A stretch of 64,000 nucleotides of DNA from a virus (taxonomy: Duplodnaviria; Caudoviricetes). The translations under genes and the position numbers were made by a program. This document shows, piece by piece, positions 30,465-39,756 of this stretch. Every line of letters begins with the position of its first letter. Positions within the stretch are counted from its first letter, which is position 1. The stretch is from the IMG/VR virus record IMGVR_UViG_3300047509_000221, positions 1,949 through 65,948 of that record; one strand, written 5' to 3'. The notes below the pieces were generated by a model, which was not told the DNA's origin, ran no database searches, and worked only from the letters and a program-made list of their open reading frames with translations.

Positions 30465-31451
30465 ATGGCAGGTCCCTTCTTCAACAACGTGAAGTCAGTC
30501 GCCTCCGGGACGCCAGGGACCGGAGCATTCGTCGTGGGCGCGACCGTTCTGGGTGCCCAGGGGTGGGCCATTGTGGCTCCCGGCTGGATTGGGCTCGTTC
30601 GCTATGACGACGGCTCCGCTGCCGAGGAGTCCTACGGCTACTGGAACGGCACCCAGATCACGAGACCTGCCAACGGCTTCGTCTGGAGCACGACCAGCTC
30701 ACAGCTCAGCCTGTCCTCATCGGCCACTGCGACACTCGTCACGGACGGGGCAGAGGCACAACCGCACGTCGGGACAGTGCCGTGGCGTGGTGGCTCCACG
30801 ATGTATGGCTCCGCGAGCAGCATCATCGGCGGTCTCGCGATCACCGTCGCCGGCACAGGGGCCGCTGTCTCTCTGGCCACCACCAACTTCCTGACGCAGC
30901 AACCGCGCATCCAGTACACGTCGCTGACAACTGCTAACGCGCAGGGAGGATGGTCAGCCACCACTGCGCAGCTTCTCTACTCTACCACTGCCGGTGCGGG
31001 CGGCGGCGAGTATGTCATGCGCTTCGGTGCGTCACAGCTGCCAACAGGGCCACGCCTATTCATGGGTCTGACGACGGTCACTTTCGTCGGCAGCACTGGC
31101 GAGCCCTCAGCTCTCGCTGCCAGCATCATCGGATTCACTAAGGACAGCACCGACACCAATATCCAATTCCTCACGAAGGACGGAACCACCGCTCACAAGA
31201 TCGACACTGGCATTCCTCTCGCGGCAAATGGTTGGTACGAGGCTAGTGTCTGGTTCGATCCTGGCGGAGGCAAGGCTTACGGCCTGCTCGTCAGACTCGA
31301 CACCGGCGACATCTGGTACGGAACCACCACTTCCAATCTCCCCGCCAACGGGTCTCTCTTCTTCCCGATGATGATTGGTGGCCTCAGCAGCACGACTGGC
31401 ACCGCCATGATTATTCACATGGGGAGTCTGTGGCTGCGCAACGGGACCTAG
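30465..31451 (+). CDS. putative tail fibre / receptor-binding protein
   Basis: Gly/Thr/Ser-rich beta protein at the end of the tail module. Confidence 0.55.
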   Translation: MAGPFFNNVKSVASGTPGTGAFVVGATVLGAQGWAIVAPGWIGLVRYDDGSAAEESYGYWNGTQITRPANGFVWSTTSSQLSLSSSATATLVTDGAEAQPHVGTVPWRGGSTMYGSASSIIGGLAITVAGTGAAVSLATTNFLTQQPRIQYTSLTTANAQGGWSATTAQLLYSTTAGAGGGEYVMRFGASQLPTGPRLFMGLTTVTFVGSTGEPSALAASIIGFTKDSTDTNIQFLTKDGTTAHKIDTGIPLAANGWYEASVWFDPGGGKAYGLLVRLDTGDIWYGTTTSNLPANGSLFFPMMIGGLSSTTGTAMIIHMGSLWLRNGT

Positions 31452-31454
31452 TAC

Positions 31455-31847
31455 ATGAGCTGGGGCTACGCAGGATGGGGCGCGGTCAGATGGGCCGCTG
31501 GCAATGGCGCAAATGCCGGCGTCAGCTACACCCCTGGGCAGGCAATTGTCACCTTCACCGGACAGGCACCCGGCAGCGTCAGCTACCAGTTCCCGGCTGA
31601 CCGCGTCTCGTGGATTGGTCTCGAGGCGATGCACGCCGGAGTCGCCAAGGCAAAGGCATCGTGGATTGGTCTCGAGGTGATGCGCACCACCGCCACGGTG
31701 CCGACCGGGGCAGTGGTCTCGTGGATTGGTGTGGAGGCAATGCACAGGGGCGTGGCGGCGGCACTCGTGACGTGGATTGGCGTGGAGGTCCTCCGCAGCA
31801 TCCTCTCAGTCTCCAATGACTCGAACTACACCTCGATCATCTGGTAA
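31455..31847 (+). CDS. structural protein with four (S/T)WIG(L/V)E repeats
   Basis: Tandem repeats visible in both protein and DNA. Confidence 0.6.
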   Translation: MSWGYAGWGAVRWAAGNGANAGVSYTPGQAIVTFTGQAPGSVSYQFPADRVSWIGLEAMHAGVAKAKASWIGLEVMRTTATVPTGAVVSWIGVEAMHRGVAAALVTWIGVEVLRSILSVSNDSNYTSIIW

Positions 31848-31916
31848 TAGGTAATTTAACGTATTGAGGGCTACGCTCTCCATGGGCCGCTGCCGCGTGA
31901 TTTTAGGGAGTGACTT

Positions 31917-32327
31917 GTGGGGACTGTGCCGGCATGGATAGCCATTGCACTGACGTCGCTGACAATGCTGGGGGCCTGCGTGGCCTACATTCACATGCTC
32001 GTGGCTGGTGTGGAGAGTAGAATCAGCACCCAGCGAGAGTGGACTGACCAGAAAGTCAGCGAGGTCAGGAGCGAACTCAAGAAGGGCATCGAGGACGAGG
32101 CCAGCGAGCGCAGGCGAGAGCACGAGAGGTTCGAGGACTTGCTCGAGAGCTTTCGGGCCGTGGGAACTGCAGTCACCAGCGTCTCCGACGGAGTAAAGCA
32201 CCTGGGAGAGCGCTTCGACGACAACCGCCGCAGCACCGACCGGGCACTGGACGAGATCAAGCACGGCATGCGTCAGATGGACGCCAAGATAAGCAGCAGG
32301 GGAGACAGTGGTGCAGCTAGTAGCTAG
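31917..32327 (+). CDS. TM plus coiled-coil protein (lysis-associated)
   Basis: N-terminal TM helix and coiled coil; upstream of holin and endolysin. Confidence 0.6.
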   Translation: MGTVPAWIAIALTSLTMLGACVAYIHMLVAGVESRISTQREWTDQKVSEVRSELKKGIEDEASERRREHERFEDLLESFRAVGTAVTSVSDGVKHLGERFDDNRRSTDRALDEIKHGMRQMDAKISSRGDSGAASS

Positions 32328-32562
32328 ACTTCGGGCCCACCTCGTCGACGACTGGCATGAGGCTCTCAAGTGGTCCAGCGTGCGCCTGCACCTGGCAGTA
32401 ATCGCCCTCAACACTCTCTTCGCCGCCATGCCGGTACTGGACCCCTCCATTGCCGCTGTCCTGCCCAAGTGGCTCCAGAGCCCGATGATCGGCATCTACG
32501 CCTCGATCGCGCTTGCCCTGCGCATGACCAAGCTCAAGTCTTCCACACCGCCCAGTGCCTGA
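32308..32562 (+). CDS. putative holin
   Basis: 84 aa, two TM helices, LVDDWHEALKWSSVRL; directly before the lysozyme. Confidence 0.65.
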   Translation: MVQLVARLRAHLVDDWHEALKWSSVRLHLAVIALNTLFAAMPVLDPSIAAVLPKWLQSPMIGIYASIALALRMTKLKSSTPPSA

Positions 32563-33106
32563 CGAGAAGCAGGGCACTCCGGCTCCCCCGGACCCGTCGC
32601 TCCGGAAGCGGGGGGCCATCGCGATTGCCGTTGTCGCCATGTGCGGCCTGACCAGCGCATGGGAGGGCGAGCGCCTTCACCCGTACCGAGACAAGATCGG
32701 CACTGGGCACCCAATGACCGTCTGCCGGGGTGACACCAATGTCCCCATGCACGTGTACACACACGAGGAGTGCGGACTGGTGCTTGCCGGCGAGGCACGC
32801 ACAAAGTGGCTTCCGGCCGTGCAGAAACTCATGCCCCACATCGACCAGGACCCCTACATGTGGGCGGCCTACGGAGACTTCGCCTACAATGCCGGCATCG
32901 GCTCGAGCCGAAGGCACACCGGTCTGGCAGGAAGCAGGATACCAGCACTCTACAACTCTGGGCACAAGGTCGAGGCCTGTCACGAGATGGAGCGGTACAA
33001 ATTCGGCGACCACAAATTTCTGCCCGGACTGTACCACCGTCGAGTCGGCGACCAGTGGCGCATCGGCGAGGTCGAGCTCTGCCTGATGCCATTCCCCAAG
33101 AATTAG
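32555..33106 (+). CDS. endolysin, GH24 lysozyme (possibly SAR type)
   Basis: WEG.RLHPYRD...TVCRGDT, FAYNAG, LPGLYHRR; weakly hydrophobic N-terminus. Confidence 0.85.
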   Translation: MPDEKQGTPAPPDPSLRKRGAIAIAVVAMCGLTSAWEGERLHPYRDKIGTGHPMTVCRGDTNVPMHVYTHEECGLVLAGEARTKWLPAVQKLMPHIDQDPYMWAAYGDFAYNAGIGSSRRHTGLAGSRIPALYNSGHKVEACHEMERYKFGDHKFLPGLYHRRVGDQWRIGEVELCLMPFPKN

Positions 33107-33135
33107 GGGCCAGCGTCGCCACGACACTGGCCCCT
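33105..33135. terminator. hairpin between convergent genes
   Basis: AGGGGCCAG...CTGGCCCCT inverted repeat. Confidence 0.55.
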
Positions 33136-33225
33136 GCTCTGGAGAGCGGGCGCGATGGGGGTGGGGAGTGAACGCCCGCTCGCCGGGCTAAACTACTGGC
33201 AGCGCGGTGAGTTTCTCCTCAGCGC

Positions 33226-33582
33226 CTATTTATTTTTCGGGGTAGTGTCCGTCTCTCGCTGGAGGAGCACGCCGCGCATCTCCTGCACCCTGCGCCAGCC
33301 CTCGCGGCCCCACTCTGGCTCGTCCACCGTGATCCACTTGAAGAGGGCGTCCGCCGTCGAGGCGTCTAGGAAGCTCTGCAGAGCGGTGCGGAGCGCGGCG
33401 GCCCCTACCCCCGTGGGCGGTAGTGGCTCGTCCTGGAGAGCCTCTCGAGCGACCGCTGGAGCGGTCTCAGTGCGTGGGGGCGCGGTAGGCAGCCCCGGCG
33501 AGGGTGTCCCTGAGGTCGACGTCGTCGTTCCGCAGGCCGACAGCAGTAGTGCCGCCCCGCTGACCAGTACGAGTGCTCGCAT
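33226..33582 (-). CDS. lipoprotein, candidate o-spanin (Rz1-like)
   Basis: MRALVLVSGAALLLSAC lipobox, Pro-rich, overlaps the 3' end of the TM gene in another frame. Confidence 0.55.
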   Translation of the reverse strand: MRALVLVSGAALLLSACGTTTSTSGTPSPGLPTAPPRTETAPAVAREALQDEPLPPTGVGAAALRTALQSFLDASTADALFKWITVDEPEWGREGWRRVQEMRGVLLQRETDTTPKNK

Positions 33583-33970
33583 TCTTGCCTCCTCTGCATG
33601 AGGCCGCGCCGAGCCGGTAGGCCGCGTCACGGCTGGCGGACCCTGCCGCCCTGATCTCGTCGAGATACCCAGCCTCGTCCTGGCTGGTCGCCAGTTTCTC
33701 GGACTGGCACTGTGCCAGCGCCGGGCGCCAGCTGGTGTTCACGATGTTGACGTCGTAGGCCAGCTGCTCGGTGTGGCCCTGTCGCTGCGCGGCAGTCACC
33801 TGCGCGGCGACGCTGTTCTGGAGTTTCTCGAGCCGGTGCCCGAGGCCCCAGGGCATCTTCCGCTCGTTGAGCTCTGCCGTTGTCACGCCGGCACCGAAGA
33901 CGACGATGGCGGCGATGATTCCGATGGTGCTCTTGAGGGCTCCCAGCGGCCCGAGTGGAATTCCGAACAT
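33467..33970 (-). CDS. candidate i-spanin (Rz-like)
   Basis: N-terminal TM helix and helical periplasmic part. Confidence 0.55.
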   Translation of the reverse strand: MFGIPLGPLGALKSTIGIIAAIVVFGAGVTTAELNERKMPWGLGHRLEKLQNSVAAQVTAAQRQGHTEQLAYDVNIVNTSWRPALAQCQSEKLATSQDEAGYLDEIRAAGSASRDAAYRLGAASCRGGKNASTRTGQRGGTTAVGLRNDDVDLRDTLAGAAYRAPTH

Positions 33971-34274
33971 CAGTGGTCTCCTGTCCGCCGCCACCCTACC
34001 CTCCACCGCGCGCGAGACCAAGGGGCTTTACTCTTGGGTCAATGGGGCGTATTGGAGGAGGGCCGAGGAGATTTGCATTGACGACCAAGACCTACAGTCC
34101 CGAGTTTCTGGCCAAGATCGACGAGTACGTCCGCGTCGAGACTGCCAAGGATGCGCGACTGGGCCGTTTCATCAACGGCGAGGCCAACAAGGCCCACGAT
34201 GAGGGCCGCCTCGAGGAGTGGTACGAGGAAGTCACCCGCTAAATCAAGCATCAATCCGAGACAGGAGAGAGCAA

Positions 34275-35867
34275 GTGAACACCGCCGAGATCACCGCCCC
34301 CTGCACCTTCGTCCCGTCGCCGCAGCAGGCAGCCTACTTCGACTGGCTGCAGAACGGTCGCGGCTCCGCCATCATGGAGGCCGTCGCCGGGGCGGGGAAG
34401 ACCACCACTCTCATCGAGGGTGCCGAGCGGATGGTCGGCTCGGTCACGTTCGTGGCCTTCAACAACAAGATCGCCAGGGAGATCGGCGAGAAGCTGGTCG
34501 CCCGTGGTCACCAGACATACGGGCGCAGCGGCAAGGCCGCCCGGACCTTCCACTCCGTCGGTTTCAAGATGCTCCGTGAGACCTTCCCGCAGGCCCCGTG
34601 GGCACGTGACCCGAAGGATGCCCAGTACCTCACCGACAAGAAGGTCATCCGCATCTGCGAGAAGCTGATCTTCGAGAAGCAGCGCCGCGATCTCGAGGGC
34701 CTCGAGGCCGCCGTTGCCAGCATGGTCGGCATGGCCAAGAACCGGGGCATCGGCGTGTTCTGCGCGATCGACGACGAGCACGAGTGGCGCCAGATGGTCG
34801 ACCACTTCGCCCTCGACGAGGCACTCCCGGAGGGCAAGGAGGACATGGTCCCGCAGCTGATCAAGATGGCGCAGATCTGCCTGAAGAGGTCGACGGAACA
34901 GTTCATGGACTGCATCGACTACGACGACATGATCTATCTGCCGCTGGTCCGGAACCTCCGCGTGAAGTGGCAGAGCGACTGGGTTCTCATCGACGAGGCC
35001 CAGGACACCAACCCAACCCGCCGCGCGATCGCGAAGAAGATGCTGCGGCCCGGCGGACGCCTCGTCGCGGTGGGCGACCCCCATCAGGCGATCTACGGCT
35101 TCACCGGAACCGACAACAACTCGCTCGAGCAGATCGCCGAGGAGTTCGGCTGCCGCCGACTGCCCCTGACCGTCACGTACCGCTGCCCGAAGGCGGTGGT
35201 CCGCGTCGCCCACAACTACGTCGACCACATCCAGGCGCACGAGTCCGCGCCGGAGGGCACCGTCGAGCACTACCAGTACGCCGATGTCCTGGACCACGTG
35301 CAGCTGGGCGACGCCGTCCTCTGCCGGTTCAACAAGTACCTCGTCTCGCTGGTATTCCGCCTCATCCGGGGCGGAGTCGCCGCCAAGATCGAGGGTCGGG
35401 CCATCGGCAGCGGCCTCGTCAAGCTGGCAACCCGCTGGAAGTCCATCAAGACGCTCAACGCTCTCGAGGCCAAGCTGACGGAGCACAACGAGCGGGAGAT
35501 CGCGAAGGCCAAGGTCCGCGACGACGACCGCAAGATCGACGAGCTCAACGATCGCCACGAGACCATGCAGGTCCTCATCGAGCGGGCGCGGGAGCAGGGT
35601 CTGTCGACGGTGGCCGAGCTCTCCACGATGATCATGAGCATCTTCGAGGACGCCGAGCGGCTGGGGGACACCAGCAAGATCGTGACCCTGTGCTCCGTCC
35701 ACCGGTCGAAGGGCCTGGAGTGGGAGCGGGTCCACGTCCTCGGCCTCAACGAGGTGATGCCCGCCCGCTGCAGCCGCGCGTGGCAGGAGGCCCAGGAGCT
35801 CAACCTGCAGTACGTTGCGGTGACCCGCGCGAAGTCCGAGCTCCACATAGTTGGGGGCCTCGCCTAG
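34275..35867 (+). CDS. UvrD/Rep superfamily 1 helicase
   Basis: AVAGAGKTT, IDEAQD, VGDPHQAIYGF, YRCP, HRSKGLEW, YVAVTRA. Confidence 0.92.
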   Translation: MNTAEITAPCTFVPSPQQAAYFDWLQNGRGSAIMEAVAGAGKTTTLIEGAERMVGSVTFVAFNNKIAREIGEKLVARGHQTYGRSGKAARTFHSVGFKMLRETFPQAPWARDPKDAQYLTDKKVIRICEKLIFEKQRRDLEGLEAAVASMVGMAKNRGIGVFCAIDDEHEWRQMVDHFALDEALPEGKEDMVPQLIKMAQICLKRSTEQFMDCIDYDDMIYLPLVRNLRVKWQSDWVLIDEAQDTNPTRRAIAKKMLRPGGRLVAVGDPHQAIYGFTGTDNNSLEQIAEEFGCRRLPLTVTYRCPKAVVRVAHNYVDHIQAHESAPEGTVEHYQYADVLDHVQLGDAVLCRFNKYLVSLVFRLIRGGVAAKIEGRAIGSGLVKLATRWKSIKTLNALEAKLTEHNEREIAKAKVRDDDRKIDELNDRHETMQVLIERAREQGLSTVAELSTMIMSIFEDAERLGDTSKIVTLCSVHRSKGLEWERVHVLGLNEVMPARCSRAWQEAQELNLQYVAVTRAKSELHIVGGLA

Positions 35868-35899
35868 TGGCCGCACCGCGCTCAGGCTACTCTGAGCGC

Positions 35900-36000
35900 G
35901 GACACTGGGTGCCAGAGAGGCCTAATGGTGAGAGACGTCAAGACACTCGGGCATGCCTTGAACCGGGTGCCGTGGGTTCGAACCCCACTCCAGATGTCCA
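35900..36000 (+). tRNA. atypical tRNA-like element with long variable arm (Leu-CAA-like or pseudo-tRNA)
   Basis: T-arm GTGGG-TTCGAAC-CCCAC, D-arm CCA-GAGAGGCCTAA-TGG, 3' CCA; anticodon and acceptor stems irregular. Confidence 0.5.
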
Positions 36001-36094
36001 CTTACTCGAGGATGGGGAGAACGCCGTGACATACCACGAGGCCACCCGCTAGGAGCGGATGATCATATCTCTACGCTAAGAGACGTTTCTTGAG

Positions 36095-36126
36095 AGACCC
36101 CGGCGCTGCTCCAGTTCCGGGGTCTC
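36095..36126. terminator. hairpin between convergent transcription units
   Basis: GAGACCCCGG...CCGGGGTCTC. Confidence 0.55.
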
Positions 36127-36127
36127 G

Positions 36128-37588
36128 TTACACCAGCCAGCGACGGGTCGGGTCGCTCATGACCACCGTTGCGAGGTCGATCTTCTTCCGCAGGGAGGGG
36201 ATCACCATGGTCTCCTCAATGGTGCCTGGTACCACGAGATCGGAATAGGTGCAGGGCCAGTGCTGTCCGTCGCGGTGAGTGCGGCTCTCGCTCTGGTCGC
36301 GATGGTCCAGGTTCTGGGTGTTGGAGTAGTACAGGGTGTCAGAGGCACGGACAAGAGTGAGGCCGCGAGCTCCCTTCTGAAGAGAGCCAAGAAACCAGTC
36401 CGCACTTCCATCCTGGAAACGTCTCTTATTAACATCGCACTCCTCCTGGGAGATGCCGCCGTGGTAGGGGGCAACCCGGCCCGGATATGCTCTCTCGAGC
36501 CTCTCCTGGACTCGCTGGACGTCATTCTGGAAGGCGCACCACACGACGCCCCCGCTGCGGCACTCCTCCGTCCAGTCGAGCGCGGCCTGCGGACGGTTGC
36601 TCGGGAGTTCGTGGACCCCGTGCACCTCGTCCACCACGTGGCCACACAGTATCTGCTGGAGGCGCAGCAGCTGCGTCAGGACCAGCGTCGCCGTGACGTG
36701 GTCCCCCGCATCGTTGATGCGTGCCGTGGCGTTGTCCCGCACCTCATTGTAGATGCGCCGCTGCTCTGGCGTCAGCTCGACATGGCGGAAGGGAGTGTAT
36801 ATCTGCTCCGGGAGATCGAGACACTCCTCCTTGCGCTTGCGGAATGAGTGGGGCCGGATGCGCTGGGCCAGCTCGGGCAGGTCCCTGTAGCCGACGATCA
36901 TCTGCACGGCCTTCTTCGAGTTGCCGAAGAACTGCTTCTGCAGTATCGCGTAGCGCGCCCGGTAGGAGTAGAACGAGCCGCCGAGGCAGCCCGGCACGGC
37001 CCAGTCCATCTGTGAGAACAGGTCCATCGGCCCATTCGGCACTGGCTGGCCAGTCAGGATGCGCCGGACGGCGGCCATCTCCCGCAGGCGGCCGACCGAC
37101 CGAGTCCTCTGTGCCTGGTGGTTCTTGATGACGGTGCTCTCGTCGATGCTGATCTTGACGCGGCCCTGATGTCTCTTGACGAACTCGTACGCAACGTCGA
37201 ACGCCCGGTCCGACTGGCTCAGCGCCTCGATGTTCATGCAGAAGAACTTCAGCGTCGCCGGGTCCGGCGAGAACAGCCGGTTCACCTCTTCCTTGTTGGC
37301 GCGCGTCCCCCCGCCTCTCCAGGCCCCTGTAATGACGAGTTCGCGGAACTCATCAGTCCAGTGCTTCGGCACCTCGTCGGTCAGCCAGTTGGTGTACACC
37401 CCCTTGGGAGCGAGAATCAGGCAGGCGGAGATGTCTCCACTGCAGAAGAGCTCGCCGGTCTCGTCCAGATCGGTCTTTGTCTTCCCGGTCCCCATCTCCA
37501 TGAGCCAGCCGAAGCCCTCTCGGCCTCTCGCCTTCTCCAGGCCCTCGGTCTGGTGCGCTCGCGGGGGGAGGGCTGGGGTGTACTTCAT
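36128..37588 (-). CDS. SNF2-family helicase
   Basis: MEMGTGKT, IDES, LTGQP, RGLTL, QSESRTHRDGQ. Confidence 0.9.
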   Translation of the reverse strand: MKYTPALPPRAHQTEGLEKARGREGFGWLMEMGTGKTKTDLDETGELFCSGDISACLILAPKGVYTNWLTDEVPKHWTDEFRELVITGAWRGGGTRANKEEVNRLFSPDPATLKFFCMNIEALSQSDRAFDVAYEFVKRHQGRVKISIDESTVIKNHQAQRTRSVGRLREMAAVRRILTGQPVPNGPMDLFSQMDWAVPGCLGGSFYSYRARYAILQKQFFGNSKKAVQMIVGYRDLPELAQRIRPHSFRKRKEECLDLPEQIYTPFRHVELTPEQRRIYNEVRDNATARINDAGDHVTATLVLTQLLRLQQILCGHVVDEVHGVHELPSNRPQAALDWTEECRSGGVVWCAFQNDVQRVQERLERAYPGRVAPYHGGISQEECDVNKRRFQDGSADWFLGSLQKGARGLTLVRASDTLYYSNTQNLDHRDQSESRTHRDGQHWPCTYSDLVVPGTIEETMVIPSLRKKIDLATVVMSDPTRRWLV

Positions 37589-37814
37589 GGGCGCGACAAC
37601 TCATGTGGGCCGAGTTCTCTAAGCAGGCTCACGCCCATCGCCGTCAGGGCCACCCGGTTGTAGTTGATGTCGTGATCGTCGACGTGCACTGTCCTGGCCA
37701 GACCTGCGTCGAGGAGTCTGTCGAGAGCCCTGCCCCTGCACTCTCCGTATGCGGAGTGGTCTTCCTTCGCGAGCCAGTCAAGAAGAAAGTGCTCGTCGCT
37801 TGTCAACTCTGTCA
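37585..37814 (-). CDS. hypothetical protein
   Basis: MTELTSDEHFLL with GAGGAG RBS. Confidence 0.5.
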
Positions 37815-37937
37815 TGATGTCTCCTCGGTCGGGGACCCTGATAGCGTGTCGCGGCGCAGAGAAAAAGGCCCAGGTGCGAGGCCCAATGGTTGAGAGTTTA
37901 CTTGTGCGTCGGCCTCCTATACGCGCTCGCGCGCGAG

Positions 37938-38060
37938 CTGCTATTGAGGATATTGGTTTTTGCGACTGTAAAGCGGAAATCAATAGCGATTTCAATAGCA
38001 GCAAACCCCCGGAATACCTCGCTTTTTCGCTGGTGCTATTGAAGGTATTACTTTTTTCAG
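37938..38060. repeat. AT-rich GCTATTGA/CAATAGC repeat region (candidate replication origin)
   Basis: At least four motif copies between divergent replication genes; same motif as 5680-5960. Confidence 0.45.
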
Positions 38061-38190
38061 GATTTATCGCAGCGTGTCACACGCCGCGTCCACACGGGCG
38101 TAATAAAGGCATAGCACCGCACGAGGGCCACGGGGCTTTCCCATCCGCCCCTGAGAGGGGTATGTGGGGTTCCCCAAGGGAGACCGCCGA

Positions 38191-38838
38191 GTGACCGACA
38201 TATTCGCAGAGATGGAGCGCGACGCCGTCGCCTTCCAGAAGGCCCCGACCACCGAGGAGAGTCAGGACCTGACCCGGCTGGCGCTGGAGCTGGTCGAAAT
38301 CGACAAGCGCCTCGCTCGCTATGCCGAAGTCGCCAAGCAGCTGGCGGAGCGCCGGACAGATCTCCAGATGCGCGTCCTCGTGGACGCCATGGACGCCGTC
38401 GGGCAGGACCGCATCGGGCTCGGCGGCGAGCAGGGCGTCGACCTCGTCCTCAGCGACTACTACAAGGCAGGCCTCCCCAATCCGGACAACGCGAAGACGG
38501 ACGAGGAGCGGGCCGAGATGGCCTCGCTGCGACAGGAGGGCGTCGACTGGCTCACCGCCGACGAGGACGGCGTCAACATTCTCACCACCACCATCACCGT
38601 GACTCTCCCCAAGGGCTCGCTCGAGCGGGCGCAGGAGATCGTGGGCTACCTGACAAGCGAGCAGGGTGCCGGCATCGAGGAGGCGCGGGTCGCGCTGGAG
38701 GAGGGGGCTCACTGGGCGACCCTCACGTCATTCGTCAAGGAGCAGGTCAGGGAGAAGGGGCGGTCCGACCTTCCTCTCAAGGCCCTTGGTGCCACCATCG
38801 GACGCATTGTCAAGATCGTGCCAAGAAAGAAGAGGTAG
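38191..38838 (+). CDS. phage replication-module protein
   Basis: AGGGAG RBS plus GTG; HWATLTSFVKEQ motif. Confidence 0.7.
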   Translation: MTDIFAEMERDAVAFQKAPTTEESQDLTRLALELVEIDKRLARYAEVAKQLAERRTDLQMRVLVDAMDAVGQDRIGLGGEQGVDLVLSDYYKAGLPNPDNAKTDEERAEMASLRQEGVDWLTADEDGVNILTTTITVTLPKGSLERAQEIVGYLTSEQGAGIEEARVALEEGAHWATLTSFVKEQVREKGRSDLPLKALGATIGRIVKIVPRKKR

Positions 38839-38839
38839 C

Positions 38840-39673
38840 ATGAACAAGAAGTCAGACACCGCCGAGCTCGACCGCAACCTTCCCGCCGTCCAGCAGGGAG
38901 CCGCCAATCTACCGGCGGAGCTCCTGAGCTCGATGGGAGAGGATGCCGGTCTGGGCGTCAGCACCGACCCGAGCGAGGTCGGCATTCCGTTTCTCTACAT
39001 CCTCCAGGACCTGTCGCCACAGGTCAAGAAGCGCGACGAGGCCTACATCGACGGGGCCGAGGTCGGGGACGTCTTCAACAACGTCACCCGAGAGGTCATT
39101 CCGGCCGCCGTGGGCTTCGACTGGATTGAGGTCGGCTTCGAGGCCGCGCAGGTGGAGTGGCGACCCGATCGCGGAGGCTTCGTCGCCAAGCATCCCCACA
39201 ATACGCCGCTGCTGGGTGACGTGAAGATTGTCGAGGACGCCACCGGCAAGCGCATCCCGACGCTGCCCAACAACAACATTCTGACCGAGACCAAGTACCA
39301 CTATGGCCTGTACAGGCGGAGCGCCACCGAGGGCGGCACTCCGGGCAACTGGGAGCCGGCAGTCATCGGCATGGCCTCGTCGATGATCAAGTGCAGCCGC
39401 GAGCTGGAGGGTCTCAAGAAGCGCCTCCGCCTGCCCAACAACGCGGTCGCCCCGGCGTTCGCCGTCTACTACCACTTCGGCACCAAGCTGGTGTCCAAGA
39501 ACAACAACGACTGGTTCGTCTGGGACATCACGCAGGGTCCCTGGGTCACCAGCGACGAGTACTACGTGGCGCGCGATCTCGCCCAGCAGGTCGCGGCCGG
39601 TACTGTCAAGACCTCGCAGCCCGACGACTCCGGCGGAGGAGCGGGCAGCGCGATCGACGAGGAGGTTCTCTAG
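38840..39673 (+). CDS. putative ssDNA-binding/annealing protein
   Basis: IPFLYILQDLSPQV...VEW; acidic C-terminal tail; upstream of primase. Confidence 0.6.
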   Translation: MNKKSDTAELDRNLPAVQQGAANLPAELLSSMGEDAGLGVSTDPSEVGIPFLYILQDLSPQVKKRDEAYIDGAEVGDVFNNVTREVIPAAVGFDWIEVGFEAAQVEWRPDRGGFVAKHPHNTPLLGDVKIVEDATGKRIPTLPNNNILTETKYHYGLYRRSATEGGTPGNWEPAVIGMASSMIKCSRELEGLKKRLRLPNNAVAPAFAVYYHFGTKLVSKNNNDWFVWDITQGPWVTSDEYYVARDLAQQVAAGTVKTSQPDDSGGGAGSAIDEEVL

Positions 39674-39756
39674 CAGAACTCCTCCGGGAGGCCGGGGCCG
39701 CCGCCAGCAGGGGTCCCGGTCTCCATCTTAGTCGGCGCGCGTGATGGGGATGACAG

